A DNA stretch of 61,644 bases, the filler included, from Pirum gemmata (taxonomy: Eukaryota), in assembly GCA_002812295.1 (NCBI GenBank). It is 17 parts of 17 records of this genome, joined end to end, with 100 filler letters (N's around TTAATTAATTAA, not from the genome) between each part and the next. Parts side by side here need not be neighbours in the genome. Positions count along the whole stretch, not along the records: positions 11,654 to 14,733 come from PDIN01003612.1; positions 14,834 to 18,922 come from PDIN01003613.1; positions 19,023 to 22,103 come from PDIN01003614.1; positions 22,204 to 25,225 come from PDIN01003615.1; positions 25,326 to 28,388 come from PDIN01003616.1; 12 more parts are not named here. One strand, 5' to 3'. Under the pieces are notes generated by a model. That model was not told the origin of the DNA and did no database searches. It was given only the letters and a program-made list of their open reading frames with translations. A program made the translations under genes and the position numbers. Each line of letters starts with the position of its first letter. Position 1 is the stretch's first letter. Shown piece by piece: positions 12,555-26,714 of this stretch.

Positions 12555-13933
12555 GGATGATTTATATAATACTGTTTCAATTTCTCCTCGGTTACAATCG
12601 CCTCAATTACAACAAAAATATGAAGGGAAGTGTTCTTTTCAAAAAGAAACTATAGATGACCCTGTTCTCATACAACAACAACAACAACAAAAGGATGATT
12701 TATACGATACTATTCCAAGTTCTCCTTGGTTACAATCTCCACAATTACAACAAAAATATGGACAGAAAAGTTCTTATCAAAAGGATGATTTAAATTTATA
12801 TGATACTGTTCCAATTTCTCCTCAGTTACAACAGCCAGAATTGCAAAACAATCATGAGATTACAGGTGCCCCTTGTCTACAACACCAACAGGATGATTTA
12901 TACGATATAGTCCCAATTACAAGCCTTCCAAAACAGCAGAAACAACCATCGCCATCACCACACCAACAACAAGAACAACAACACGATGATTTATACGATT
13001 CTGTTCCAAATACTAGTTTAGTAGAAAAACAACAACAACAAGAACAACAACACGATGATTTATACGATTCTGTTCCAAATACTAGACAAATAGTTTCTCC
13101 TTCATCCTCTTCAACGTTAACTCTTACACACCAACACCAACACCAACGCCAACATCATCAACAACGAAATTTATTTAATTTTATTTCGACGGTTTTAAAA
13201 CCTGATAATGATGATGATAGGTACGAAGCACTTCCACCACCACCACCACCACCACCACAAGATTTTGAAGATTTACCACCACCACCACAAGATTTTGAAG
13301 ATTTAACACGACCACCACAAGATTTTGAAGATTTAACACGTCCACCACAAGATTTTGAAGATTTACCACCACCACCACCACCACCACAAGATTTTGAAGA
13401 TTTACCACCACCACCACCACCACCACTTCAAGAAGAAGAAAGGTCAGAATTAGAAAGATTACAACAAGTGTTACAAGAACGTGAAAAAGAAATCCAACAA
13501 TTAAAACAACCACGTGCACACACGCAAGACCAAGACCAACAGAAAGAGAGCAATGATAAATATAAACAACCACCGCCTATTCCAAGAAAAAGCTTCACTC
13601 AAACTAACCATTTTAAAGTAAGGCCAATGTCACAGCAATTAAATACTAATAATAATAATAATAATTACAATTCGCAAATATCAACCCCCCATCAAGTAAG
13701 GCCTCATTCTTTAACTCAAATACCACAAAACGAATATGATAGTCCCCCTCCAGCATCTCGTCCTACACGCAGTTCGCCACAAAAAAGTTTGATTAAATCC
13801 ACTGAACTAGTTGTCGAGTCTTCGAATGCATCCATACCTACTATTGTCATGAGAGTGGGAAACAACACAAAGGGGTCGACGTCGATATCATTAACACAAG
13901 TTCCAATCCAGAAAAGAAGAAGTTTAAATATTT

Positions 13934-13995
<62 letters not shown>

Positions 13996-14202
13996 TCAAA
14001 CGAGTATGCGAGTGCTGATGATGATGACTTACCATTAACTAGTAGGTCTCTGCCCCCATCTCCTAGGGGGGCAAGACAAAGATTTGCGTTTCAACAGCCA
14101 TCGATGTCGGCTGTGGAATACGAAGAAGTTCCAGAATACAGCGTGTGCGACGGTGATGTAGTCCCGCGTTCAGAAGGAAATCATTTCAGTTTTAAAAAAT
14201 AA
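11762..14202 (+). CDS. Large, probably terminal exon of a disordered Q/P/N-rich protein with repeated tyrosine motifs
   Basis: 812-codon ORF directly preceded by a possible AAG acceptor (11759-11761). It carries six LY(D/N)x(V/I) motifs, five PPQDFEDL repeats, a short coiled coil and PPPIPRK. Confidence 0.85.
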
Positions 14203-15826
14203 TAATTAAACCTAAAGCCCTAGCAGATACGAAAAATATAATCGAATCAAACAGGTCGATCCTAATTATTACATAGTGACTAGTTTTTTAAAAATGATAT
14301 TCTTTTTTTTTTGAGTTTCAAGTTTTTTCTATAAAATTTCTAAGAATTTTTAAGAATTTTTTTATGAAATCAAAAGTGAGTAGCGCAAAACCACAAAACC
14401 AACCACAAAACCAACCACAAAACCACAAAACCACAAAACCCGCTACAAAACTACAAAACCACCAATCATATTAAGGTTACGGTATATTATTGTTTTAAAA
14501 AAATAAACATAGTAATAAATACATACACGTTATTGATTCTGATTTTATTTTTAGTATAAAATTAGTATAAATAGACAAAATAAAAATTTTTAAAGAATAA
14601 ATTATAAAAAACAAAATTGAACTATAGCTTGTAGTTTTTTTACATTATGTTATCGTTACCAAGTACCCATGCCCTAACCCTACCCCATATATACATGCCC
14701 TAACCCTAATAATAATAATAATAATAATAATAANNNNNNNNNNNNNNNNNNNNNNNNNNNNNNNNNNNNNNNNNNNNTTAATTAATTAANNNNNNNNNNN
14801 NNNNNNNNNNNNNNNNNNNNNNNNNNNNNNNNNGTTAGGGTCAGGGTTAGGGTTAGGGTTAGGGTTAAGGTGTTTTGTTGTTTTGTTGTTTCGTTGCTTT
14901 GTTTGGTTGTTTTGTTGTTTTGTTTTGTGTTTTGTTGTTTTGTTGTTGTTGTTGCTGTTGTTGGGGTTGTTTTGTTTTGTTATTTCTTATTTTGTTATTT
15001 TGTTATTTTGTTATTTTGTTTTTTTGTTTTTTTGTTATTTTGTTATTTTGTTATTTTGTTATTTTGTTATTTTGTTATTTTGTTATTTTGTTATTTTGTA
15101 ATTTTGTTATTTTGTTATTTTGTTATTTTGCTATTTTGTTATTTTATTATTTTATTATTTCATTTTGTTTATCTATTTGGTTATTTAGTTGTTAAGTTTT
15201 TTTGTAGTTGTTATTGTCATTGGTTATTGTTAGTGTAATCATAATACACGTTATAAATAAAATAAAAAAAAAGTTGTTGCAATTATTGTAGTTGCTTTGT
15301 CGTTGTTGTTGTTGTTGGTGGTGGTGGTGGTGTTTTGTTGTTTTGTTGTTTTGTTGTTTTGTTGTTTTGTTGTTTTGTTGTTTTTNNNNNNNCCGAGACC
15401 CTGACCAGGCCTCCACCTGGCAGAGTAACAAATCACGTATAAATAAAAAAAAAAAAACAGTAAGAATTAGAAAGATAATGGGAATAAAAATAACAATAAT
15501 TAATAAATAACAATAACAATATAATAACACTCAATAACAATAACAATAACACTCAATAACAATAACAATAATTTTTTAAACATTAATTAAGTATAAACAT
15601 AATAATACAAAGAAAGGGTTGATAATAACATTGAATTATCTGAGTACATTCCGTGGCAATGGCAATGGCAAAATCAATAACAAATAACAATAGTGATAAC
15701 ATTAACAGTGGTAATAACAATTAAAATATTAATATCAATAATAATAAAAATAACAATTAAAATAATAATAATAATAATAATAATATAACAATAACAATAA
15801 CAATAACAATAACAATAACAATAACN

Positions 15827-15886
<60 letters not shown>

Positions 15887-18800
15887 AGGTGGCAGTAGGT
15901 TACAGTACTATCTGAAAAAAGTCAACAACATGTAAAACAATTGAAGTCATTGAATAAATACATGACACAGAGCATGAAAAAGTTTTTTTTTTTCATGGAG
16001 TCCTTTCAAGGAGTTCTTGACAAAAAGAAAGAAACAAGGCTTTTAAAACAAGCAACTAAATTTGGAACCTGTTGTAATAAATTAATAACAATAACAATAT
16101 TAACAACAATAACAATATTAATAACAATAACAATATTAATAACAATAACAATATTAATAACAATAACAATAACAATAACAATATAATATTAATAATAATA
16201 ATATTATTATTAACAACAACAACAACAACAATATTAATAACAACAACAACAACAACAACAATAATAATAACAATAACAATGGCCCTGTTTTCATGGAGTC
16301 TTTCAAGGAGTTCTTGACAAAAAGAAAGAAACAAGGCTTTTAATAAAAACAAACAACTAAATTTGGAGTCTGTTATAATATTATATAATAAATTAATAAC
16401 AATAACAATATTAATAACAATATTAATATTATAACAATATTAATAACAATAACAATATTAATTAATAACAATAACAATATTAATAACAATAACAATAACA
16501 ATATTAATAACAACAACAATATTAATAACAATAACAATAACAATAACAATATAATAATAATAATAATATTATTAACAATGACAACAACAATAATAACAAC
16601 AACAATAATAATAATAACAATAACAATTAATAACAAAGGCCCGGTTTCTAGCTGTTTTTGGGTGTGTGTATATATGATATTTAGTGTTTGGTATCAATGA
16701 CCAAATTCGATCATCGATATTTTTTTCGATATATATCGAATTTCAAAAATCAGATCGAAAGTCTATCTATAAATATCGAATGTATATAAGTTAAAACATC
16801 GATTCTCAAACCAAACATCGATTTTTTTTTCAATAAATATCGAAATTTTAAAAACACCAATCAATATCGGTTCGATATTGAAAAAATCGATATTTTTGGT
16901 AAACAAGTTGATGATATTGTATAATCGATATTATAATAAAAAATACCAAATTAAATAAAATCGACTTATGTTGTATTAATTTGGTACTATTTATTTTATA
17001 CTTTACTACTACAATGAGAGACTATGCTAACTAAGAGCAGGGTCCGAAAAATTTCGGGACCTTATGTTCAATCCGAAACTTCGGATCGATTCGAAAACCC
17101 TTTCGGATAGTTCGGACGGATTCGAAAAAGTCTTCAGATTTCTTTCGGACTCTTCTATCCGAAATATCAGATTTCGGATGTCAAATTTTTTCGGGACTCA
17201 CAACTAGACTATGACTCAATCAATCAGGGGTCATGAGTCATGACTCACGAGTCATGGTGCTTTTCTAACCCTAACCCTAACCCTAACCCTAACCCTAACC
17301 CTAACCCTAACCCTAACCCTAACCCATAAATAATAAATAAATAATAAATAAATAATAAATAAACAATTTTTTTATATATGTATGATATGATAATAAAATA
17401 AATAATAAATAAATAATAAACAAATAAATAGTCTACAAATCGTTTTTTAAAATGCAATTCACCATGATAAAACTGTGGTTGTAGAAATCATTTTTTAGAC
17501 TTTATTTCTAGCCAAATTATTTTTAAAAACTAGCCATTGGTTCATAATAGAGTTTTTTTAGTTAGAACATTTCTCACTATTTGGTAGTACTTTTATTAAA
17601 ATTTGATCATTTTGAGATTTTTTGGATTTTTGAGCTCATAATATTATGGCGGATGTCGCCACTTTATATCGGGCTTGACAATAAAAAAAAAAAAATATTT
17701 AATCCAATCAAAAATTTTACACAGGAAAATATTTTAGATATTTTAGCTATAGCCCTATCGTAGGCTATTTAGTTTTTTTGTGCTTTTTTTTTTCAGTTGT
17801 TTTTGTCATCATAAAATATACAATAAAACATACCAAATTAACACAATATAATTCCATTTTATTTAATTTGATATTTATTTCTTCATTTAAAAATGTCAAT
17901 TTAAATATTATAACCAACCAAATAAATACTAGGGGTGACAAAAAAAAAAATGAAAAGCATTTTTTAGATTTACGTTTTACGGCACAAGACGTATGTAAGA
18001 GGAGAATATTTATATCAGANAATTAAAGTAATAATATTAACATTAATAGTAATGAAAACCATAAAAATCGGAAAAGTTCCAGCAGCTGCTCGGTAATAAT
18101 AAAATTACGTCATCTCACCCCTACTTTCTGACTCATGAAAGTATTAAATTTTTCAAATAATACGTCACGTCAAGGGGTAGGTAAGTAAGTGGTATTTGAC
18201 CGGAAATTTTAACGTCGAGGGGTAGGTAGGTAGGGGTATTTGAAGCTGTATTTGACCAGTCTTTTCCCAACAATTTTTGATAGTCTACGGTCTACCCATG
18301 TTATTGCTTTTTTAGGCCAGATAAACTGTAGATTTTGTTGATCTATTTGGTTGGTTATAATATTTAATTTGACGCTTTTAAAAAAATAAATATATAATAA
18401 AACATACCAAATTAAATTAAATGGATTTATATTGTATTAATTTGGTACTATTTAAATCGGAAAAGTTCCAGCAGCTGCTCGGTAATAATAAAATTACGTC
18501 ATCTCACCCCTACTACTAAAAGACTAAGAAAAACAGTAACTGTTACTGCGAAAATTCTCACATTCTGACTTTTTCTATAACTGAAAAACTGCGAAAAACT
18601 GCGAAGATGAATATATTATGTAATGAATGTAATAGTGTTGTGTCATAACCTACCAGATTATACACAAAAAGATGCCAATTTGCATATTATAACATTATAA
18701 CCTACCAAATTACATATTAAAACCATCCAAATTAAATAGAATAACATGCCAAATTATTTAGTTATAACCTAATAATGACAACAACATTTGTTTGCGTCAT

Positions 18801-20465
18801 ACTATTTATCACTTGTAGTTTGGTATAGGAAAAATTAATGATAGTTTTGAGCCATATAACCTACCAAATTATATACAACAAGATGCCAAATTATATATTA
18901 TAATATTATAACCTATCAAATTNNNNNNNNNNNNNNNNNNNNNNNNNNNNNNNNNNNNNNNNNNNNTTAATTAATTAANNNNNNNNNNNNNNNNNNNNNN
19001 NNNNNNNNNNNNNNNNNNNNNNTAATACAATTAAAATCCGTTTAGTTTAATTTGGTATATTTTATTATCTATTTATTAATTTAAAAATGTCAATTTAAAG
19101 GTTATAACCTACCAAATAAATATTTGGAGTGACAAAATAAATTCATTTTGATTCTAATTTTTAAAATTCATTATTAATAATTAATTAAAATAAACATTTA
19201 ATTAATAAGATTTGGTTTTTTAATGTTTATTAATATTGATATGAAAATAGATAACATATTCATTTGTTATTTTGTATTATATTTCTAATAAATAAGACTT
19301 AGTAAATTTTACTTTAAAATTAGTTATTGGAGGATATTGACTGGTTTCATAAATCAATAACTGGGGTTATCCAAAGTGTTTGGTGTCAATAGATTATTGG
19401 AAGATTTTATGATAAATAGTTATTAATTAATTGTTTTTAATAATATTAATAATTATGATAGTTAATTAATTATTATTTTAATATTAATATTAATAACTAA
19501 GTTGTTTTTATAATTTCATTTTTTATTATAATAATATTAGTTTTATTATAATATTAAGTTTTAAAAAAAGTATAAATATATATTTGTAAATTTTTTGAAA
19601 TTCGAAAAAATTAACTAACAACAACAATATTCATAATAATCAATCAAAAATACCTCAATACTTATTACTTATAATAATTAAATTATATATAATTTTAATA
19701 CTAACAAAATAATTCAAAAGTATAATATTAATAACATTGTATAATAATAATAATATCCTGCTTTTCATTTATTTTGCCACTTAGATTATTTATTTGGTAC
19801 TTTTAAGTTTGTAACTGTGGTTATTTTAAATTTGAAATATAAATTATTAAACACGCCAAGTTAATTAAATTGTATCAAATAAATTTCATATGGTATTATA
19901 TTAACTTGATATTTATTACTGCGTATTCTATTGTGACAAAATAACTAAATAACACGATAACATGATATTAATACTCTAGGTATCATTAGAACCTAGAATA
20001 TAACAAATATTAGATGCAGAATTGATATTTATTATATACAGATGCCCCGTATTATTATTAATAAAATTGTCAGCATTAATACCATTATGCTTAATTCTAC
20101 ATGTAATTACGTATACTTGCCCCTAATTTATGGAAGAATTAGCGTTCAAATAATACGTCGCGTCAAGGGTTAGGTAGGTTGGTAGTATTTAACCGTAAAT
20201 TAACGTCGAGGGGTAGGTAGGTAGGGGTGTTTGAAGCTGTGATGTATTGACGGTTTCACTAGCTAATTTGTATGATAGCAAATTAATAAAAAGATGTTTA
20301 TATAAAATACATTAAGTATAAAATACCAACCATAATGATAATTTGGTTATTGAAATAGACAACACTAATGAAAAACACGATTATGTTCAGTGATAATGTT
20401 TGCGTTTGCACATATAAATAAATACTCCAAAAATGAGCTAAAAACCGTCACAGTTTTCATTACCT

Positions 20466-20564
<99 letters not shown>

Positions 20565-21079
20565 ATAACTTCATCTACAAATAATAGGACGGCAATCAAG
20601 AAACTAGAAAATTTTGTTTTTGTTGATTTATATTCTTGTTTACCTTCTCCTTTTCACAAATAATACATAGGATGACAATCAAGAAACAAGAAAATTTTGT
20701 TTTTGTTTATTTATATTCTTATTTATACCTTAAAAAACCACTCTACACCTTCTCCTTTTCAATAAAAGAGGTATTGGTATAAAACTACAATATACTTGGC
20801 GTAAAGTGTGTACTCAACATTTGTAGGAAAAAAAAAGAAAAAAAAAAAAAACTATGTGCTGATAATAATATTTGTAACTAATTTGGGTTTTTATTTCAGT
20901 TTTTGAGCTGGACAACACTACTCAAAAACACTATGTGTGATTGTTGTTGTTGTTGTTGAGATAACGCGTACGGTTAGGTTTAATTAATTTAATAAAATTT
21001 TTAAAAAAACTTTTTAAAATTTAATTATACATTGTAAAAAAAAACTTAATAAACAAATTTTAAAAAAACAAAAGCAATT

Positions 21080-21233
21080 ATGCATATTATAAATTTAAAC
21101 TACCTGCATATTGCTATACTTATTTTTTGTATTGAAATAGTACAAGGAACCTATTATCATAATGCGGGTGTTTACGGGCAAATTTTTAAAAAAATTTCCG
21201 AAAGTCCTCAATGCGACAATGATAACCCTTCTC

Positions 21234-21269
<36 letters not shown>

Positions 21270-21326
21270 TAAACAAAGTTGACGTCGAAGATGAATTTGT
21301 TGGACATATGGAAAAATGCATCGAAG
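21080..21326 (+). CDS. Probable first exon of a secreted protein
   Basis: ATG after an A-rich leader, hydrophobic N-terminus (LNYLHIAILIFCIEIVQG), and a GT donor at 21327 followed by microsatellite. Confidence 0.5.
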
Positions 21327-22203
21327 GTATAATAATAATAATAATAATAATGATGATAATGATAATGATTATAATAATATTATACATAGCCTAATAAATT
21401 TAAAATCTAACCCAACCCGAATAAATTATAACTCTAACCTTAACCCTAATCCTCACCCTAACCCTAACCCTAACCCTAACCCTAACCCTAACCCTAACCC
21501 TAACCCTAACCCTAACCCTAACCCTAGGCCTAGCCCTAACCCTGAAATTATTATCCAATCGATTCCTTTATTGGACTTTGATATTTTTTGTTTTTGTCTG
21601 GTCTACTATATATAGACTGTCACGAGTTTTTTTTTTAATGTTTGGTATCGATTATATAATATTTTTTAAAAATTTTTATCATCGACTTGTTTAGGAAGTA
21701 TTCAAATAATACGTCACATCAAGGGGTAGGTAGGTAGGTGGGATTTTACCGGAAATTAAAGTCAAGGGGTAGGTAGGTAGGGGTGTTTGAAGCTGTATTT
21801 GACCGGAAATTGGCGTTACGTGTTATTGTAATAATATTGTTTGGATAAATGGATTTATTCAAAGTAGAACTTTTATGTGTAGTATAATATATCGATATAA
21901 TATTATTAGGTCTAGACCGGGGTCTAGTTGTTTAGCTGTTGTTTTGTCAGCATAAAAATTTAATATACAATAAATTTAAAGAGTGCAAAATAATACAATT
22001 AAAATCCGTTTAGTTTAATTTGGTATATTTTATTATCTATTTATTAATTTAAAAATGTCAATTTAAAGGTTATAACCTACCAAATAAATATTTGGAGTGA
22101 CAANNNNNNNNNNNNNNNNNNNNNNNNNNNNNNNNNNNNNNNNNNNNTTAATTAATTAANNNNNNNNNNNNNNNNNNNNNNNNNNNNNNNNNNNNNNNNN
22201 NNN

Positions 22204-22234
<31 letters not shown>

Positions 22235-22245
22235 TAGTATGAACC

Positions 22246-24395
22246 ATGACTGTATTTTACTTTGTATTATATAGCCTAATTCTTTCCATTCTCTCTGGAA
22301 AATGTTTTTTCTCATCTGCGATTGAAATACAAGCCGGTGCTGTCTATGACTGTGGTAAAGATCTGTTATGTGAAGTTACTTACCTACGGGCTGAATATGT
22401 AAGTATTTCTAAACCTGGTAGCTTACAGTTAGGGACTTAGGGTTATGAAGTTATAAGATTGTGTTTTAGGAATAGGATTATAAGATAAGGTTAGAAATAT
22501 AGTGTTAGCCAGCTATGTTGGGGGTAAGGCTTTCATTCAGTAAGCTTAGGGTTATCGTTCGAGTTTAGGGTCCAGCGTAAGAGCCTTGTTATCACTTTAT
22601 TCCTAGCTTAGTTGTGTTGTTTGTTTATTTGTTATTTTTTATACGTTTTAATAAGGATCTTAATTGGGATTCAGATTTCAATATAAACAATTTAGAAGAA
22701 GAAACCCATGTTTACTCTACAAAAGTTAAGTTCAAGGTTGTTAAACGTAAAACTGGAAATTTTGATACCATTAGCTGTGGTACTAATAACAAAGGTCACT
22801 TTCAAATCGACGAACAGAAACAATTAAGTGTAATGGGTGATTGTTCCAATATCACAGCGGGTGTAAGTATCCCTAACCTTAACCCTAACCCTAACCCCTA
22901 ACCCTAACCCCTAACCCTAACCCTAATTCTTAACCCTAAGCCTAAGCCTAACCCCGAACCCTAAGCCTAACCCCTAAGCCTAAGCCTAACCCCTAAGCCT
23001 AAGCCTAACCCCTAAGCCTAAGCCTAACCCTAACTCTAGTCCTAACCCTAAGCCCAGATCCAACCGCAACCGCAACCGCAACCGCAACCGCAACTCCTAA
23101 CCCTAACCCTAACCCTAACCCTAACCCTAACCCTAACCCTAACCCTAACCCTAACCCTATCCCGAAGTCTAACCCTAACCCTAAGTATAAGCCTAACCCT
23201 TACTCTAACGTTAAACCTAAACCTAAACCTAATCCAGACTCTAACCCTGACTTCTAATCCGTAATATAACCCTTAACTCTTAACCTTAATCCTTAACCCT
23301 TAACCCTGTATCCTCAAGTTTAATTTTTATTAACCTTAAACTTACCTTAAACTTCATCCCTAGCTTTTAACCTTAAACGTAACCCCGATGTAGATTTTCA
23401 GTAGCAGTGGTATAAGAACCGTGGCTTAACCCTTAACCCTTAACCCTTAACCCTTAACCCTTAACCCTTAACCCTTAGCCGTTAACCGTTAACCGTTAAC
23501 CCTTAACCTTTAATCTTTAACCCTTAACCCTTAACCCTTAACCCTTAACCCTTAACCCTTAACCCTTAACCCTTAACCCTTAACCCTTAACCCTTAACCC
23601 TTATTAACCCTTAACCCTTANAACCCTTAACCCTTAACCCTTAACCCTTAACCCTTAACCTTTAATCTTTAACCCTTAACCCTTAACCCTTAACCCTTAA
23701 CCCTTAACCCTTAACCCTTAACCCTTAACCCTTAACCCTTATTAACCCTTAACCGTTAATGCTTAATGCTTAATGCTTAACGCCTAACGCTTAACGGCTT
23801 TTAACCTTAAACCTAACCCGATGCAGATCTTCCATAACAAACATATAAGAACCGTAGCTTTAAATACGTTTTCTAAACTTTCTATGTTAACCAAGTTGGA
23901 CTTCACGCGTAACTCTCTTGAAGACATTGAATTTTTGAAATTCTTGCCCGAAAATCTGCCGAAAGTGAAGTTTGATTTAGATTTATCATTAAATAAATTA
24001 AGAACAATTAAACCAGGCACCTTTGCCAGAATTTCAAAGTTTAACCTCTTCAAGTTAGAGCACAATTCCTTAACAACTATGGAAACAGGTAATTAGGGGT
24101 TAGGGGTAGGAGGTAGGAGTTAGGGTTTGGGTTTATGAAAATTAGAACCAAAGAAGGTTAAACGTTATAAATCCCACATCTGGACCCATTATATATCTGA
24201 AAATATTTTCAAAAATAGTGCAAATTATATATATGTTTTAATTTCTTTTCCCAACATATCGCTATCATAAACTTTAGTATTTAAAAAAACACCCGTTTGA
24301 ATAGATTCTTTTGCAATTTCTCGTATATATATATACATTATAATAATATTAAAATTTTCATTCATTATTATATAAAAAAAGTTGTAATAATATTC

Positions 24396-24428
<33 letters not shown>

Positions 24429-25042
24429 ATGTATTGTGTACATATCAGGAAGTTTGGATTTAAAAAAGGACCCTTCCAAACCATATAATTTTATCAAGGC
24501 GTTGGAGATAAAAGGGAACAACATTACAAGGTATCCATTGGGTATTTTCTCCAATCTTGAAATTACTTGGTTCGATCCCTATTTAGGTGTAAAGGTGATG
24601 GTGGATGTTTTGCCACGACAATTTTATGATATGAAAGTCTGGACCATGATTTTAAGTGGTGAAAATGTCAACGGATTGGGGCCCGGTTCGTTAGATATGG
24701 GGAATGGTGGAGTGCATAATTTAGAGTTAAGAACAGGGTATCATTGTTGTTCTTTATACGGTTTATCTGAATCTTATCCGACATTGGTTGATCCTTGGAA
24801 ACGTAGCAGTAAGGTTAACATTATGGAATATGAATGTCAATTATACAATGGGAGTGTAGTGAAGACCCAGAGTTCTGATCCTATGAGAGATTTTAATTGC
24901 TGTGATACTTACAATGGGTTATATTTTGATATAAAACAACCAGATAAATGTGGCGTATGTGAAAACCCTTTAAATTGTAATGAAACGGACACATATTATT
25001 GTTATAATAATGGGTATTTCGATTGTAAAACCTGTGATATAG
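22246..25042 (+). CDS. Secreted or cell-surface leucine-rich-repeat and cysteine-rich protein, first four exons (truncated by contig end)
   Basis: Exons 22246-22398, 22656-22862, 23827-24088 and 24449-25042 splice in frame at GT-AG. Signal peptide MTVFYFVLYSLILSILSG; LRRs LTKLDFTRNSL, LDLSLNKLRTIKPGTF, FKLEHNSLTTMETG, LEIKGNNITRYPLGIF; then a Cys-rich segment. Confidence 0.85.
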
Positions 25043-26458
25043 GTATTTTGCGTTGTGTTGTGTTGTATTATGTTGTGTTATGTTATGTTATGTTATGTTA
25101 TGTTATGTTATGTTGTGTTGCGTTATGCTGTGGTGTGGTGTGGTGTGCTCACGTGTTGTGTTCGTGTGCTGCGCTGAGATGCGCTGCGTTGCGTTGTGTT
25201 GTGTTGTGTTGTGTTGTGTTGTGTTNNNNNNNNNNNNNNNNNNNNNNNNNNNNNNNNNNNNNNNNNNNNTTAATTAATTAANNNNNNNNNNNNNNNNNNN
25301 NNNNNNNNNNNNNNNNNNNNNNNNNAAAAAAAAAAAAAAAAAGAAAAAGTACCTATTACTCCCATGATCCCATCGTCTTCCCTCATTGGCAAGATCTTCG
25401 AAGATATGCAACTTACGCAAGCTAATCCTATAAGCTCCTTAGCCCAGCTGATAAACCCTAGCTAGTTGACAAGTCCACATATATCCAGCATTATATCAAC
25501 TCCATATATATATCAAGCCATTCACAAACCATGAAGGAAATTCTGAAATTGAAATTTGAAACAGCTTGAAAGTTGAAACTTGAAACACTTATAAACTAAC
25601 AAATCAAATTTTTTTATCATATATATCATAAAAAAAAAAAATAAAAAAAAAAAAAAAAAAAAAAAAAAAACGTAAATACCATCACTTATTGTATTTACAA
25701 CATTTACAACCTCAAAAAATATTATTCAACAGGAGTATATTATATTTTTTTACTCCTTTTTTTTTTCCAGCAGTTTGAACTCACACTCTGCTCACACTTC
25801 TTTTGAACCTCTTCTTCTTAGAGCGGTCTTAGTAAAAGCTACAACAGAATTTATTGAAAAATATTTACTAGAAATGAATAGTAAATTGGAAGAATTGTTA
25901 ACGTTACCATGGCTTCTAAAAGCAAAACCAAATGAAGAGTTTTTGGCTTTGGTTGAACCTTTTCTTGGAAAGAAGGCACTGGGGCAAATTCGGTATGCGC
26001 GCACAAACTCTCTATGTGCATCCAAAAAGCTATCCAAAAACACAAGTTAATTAAGAGTAGCGTTTGCTGATAGCATGCAGTAAAAAATCTAGTTCAGAAA
26101 GTTCCCTTAAACTAGAGAGAAGGTGTTGCTCTAGATCTAGGTGCGGAAGACAAAGTCCAAAAGTAGCCTTTTGTAAGGTATGTAAAAGATATTTGTGTAT
26201 TGATGCAGTAAACAACTGCGAAGCTTAATTCTTGTTTTTTACTCGAACATGGTGATAATAAGGAAGGAGATGCCATTTATGAGCACATAAAATGTTTTAC
26301 TTGTGTATGATTAGTATTCTGGCCAAATAATAGTTGTTAAAATTTCTTGTTGTGAAACTTAATTAAATGTATAAACTGAATGTATGAATTGAATGTATGA
26401 ATTGAATGTATGAATTGAATGAAAGTGAATGTAATGTTGGTTGTCGTAGTATTGTATG

Positions 26459-26665
26459 GTTGTAGTTGTAGTATTAATAGTTTGTGTTATGGTATTGAAT
26501 GTTGACAGTTTAGTTGTAGTATTAATAGTTTGTGTTGTGGTATTGAATGTTGACAGTGTGGTTGTAGTATTAATAGTTTGTATTGTGGTATTGAATGTTG
26601 ACAGTGTAGTTGTAGTATTAATAGTTTGTGTTGTGGTATTGAATGTTGACAGTGTGGGGTTGTAG
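26459..26665. repeat. 48-bp minisatellite, 4 copies
   Basis: Unit gttgtagtattaatagtttgtgttgtggtattgaatgttgacagtgtg. Confidence 0.9.
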
Positions 26666-26714
26666 TTTGTAATATGGTTGTAGTAGAGTTGTAGTAGGAT
26701 TGATTGATTGTGTT

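Noticed and set aside
15993..16380. Duplicated ~90-bp complex segment (near 15993 and 16291) as another exon echo
   Set aside because: The duplication is real, but no exon could be assigned to it.
19023..22103. Contig starting and ending with the same ~110 bp, suggesting a circular or LTR element
   Set aside because: The shared sequence is the high-copy AT-rich MITE; assembly breaks inside a repeat explain it.
25775..26330. Coding-like stretch with short ORFs on both strands
   Set aside because: Several stops, no recognisable motif and no consistent splice model; possibly a decayed element but unsupported.
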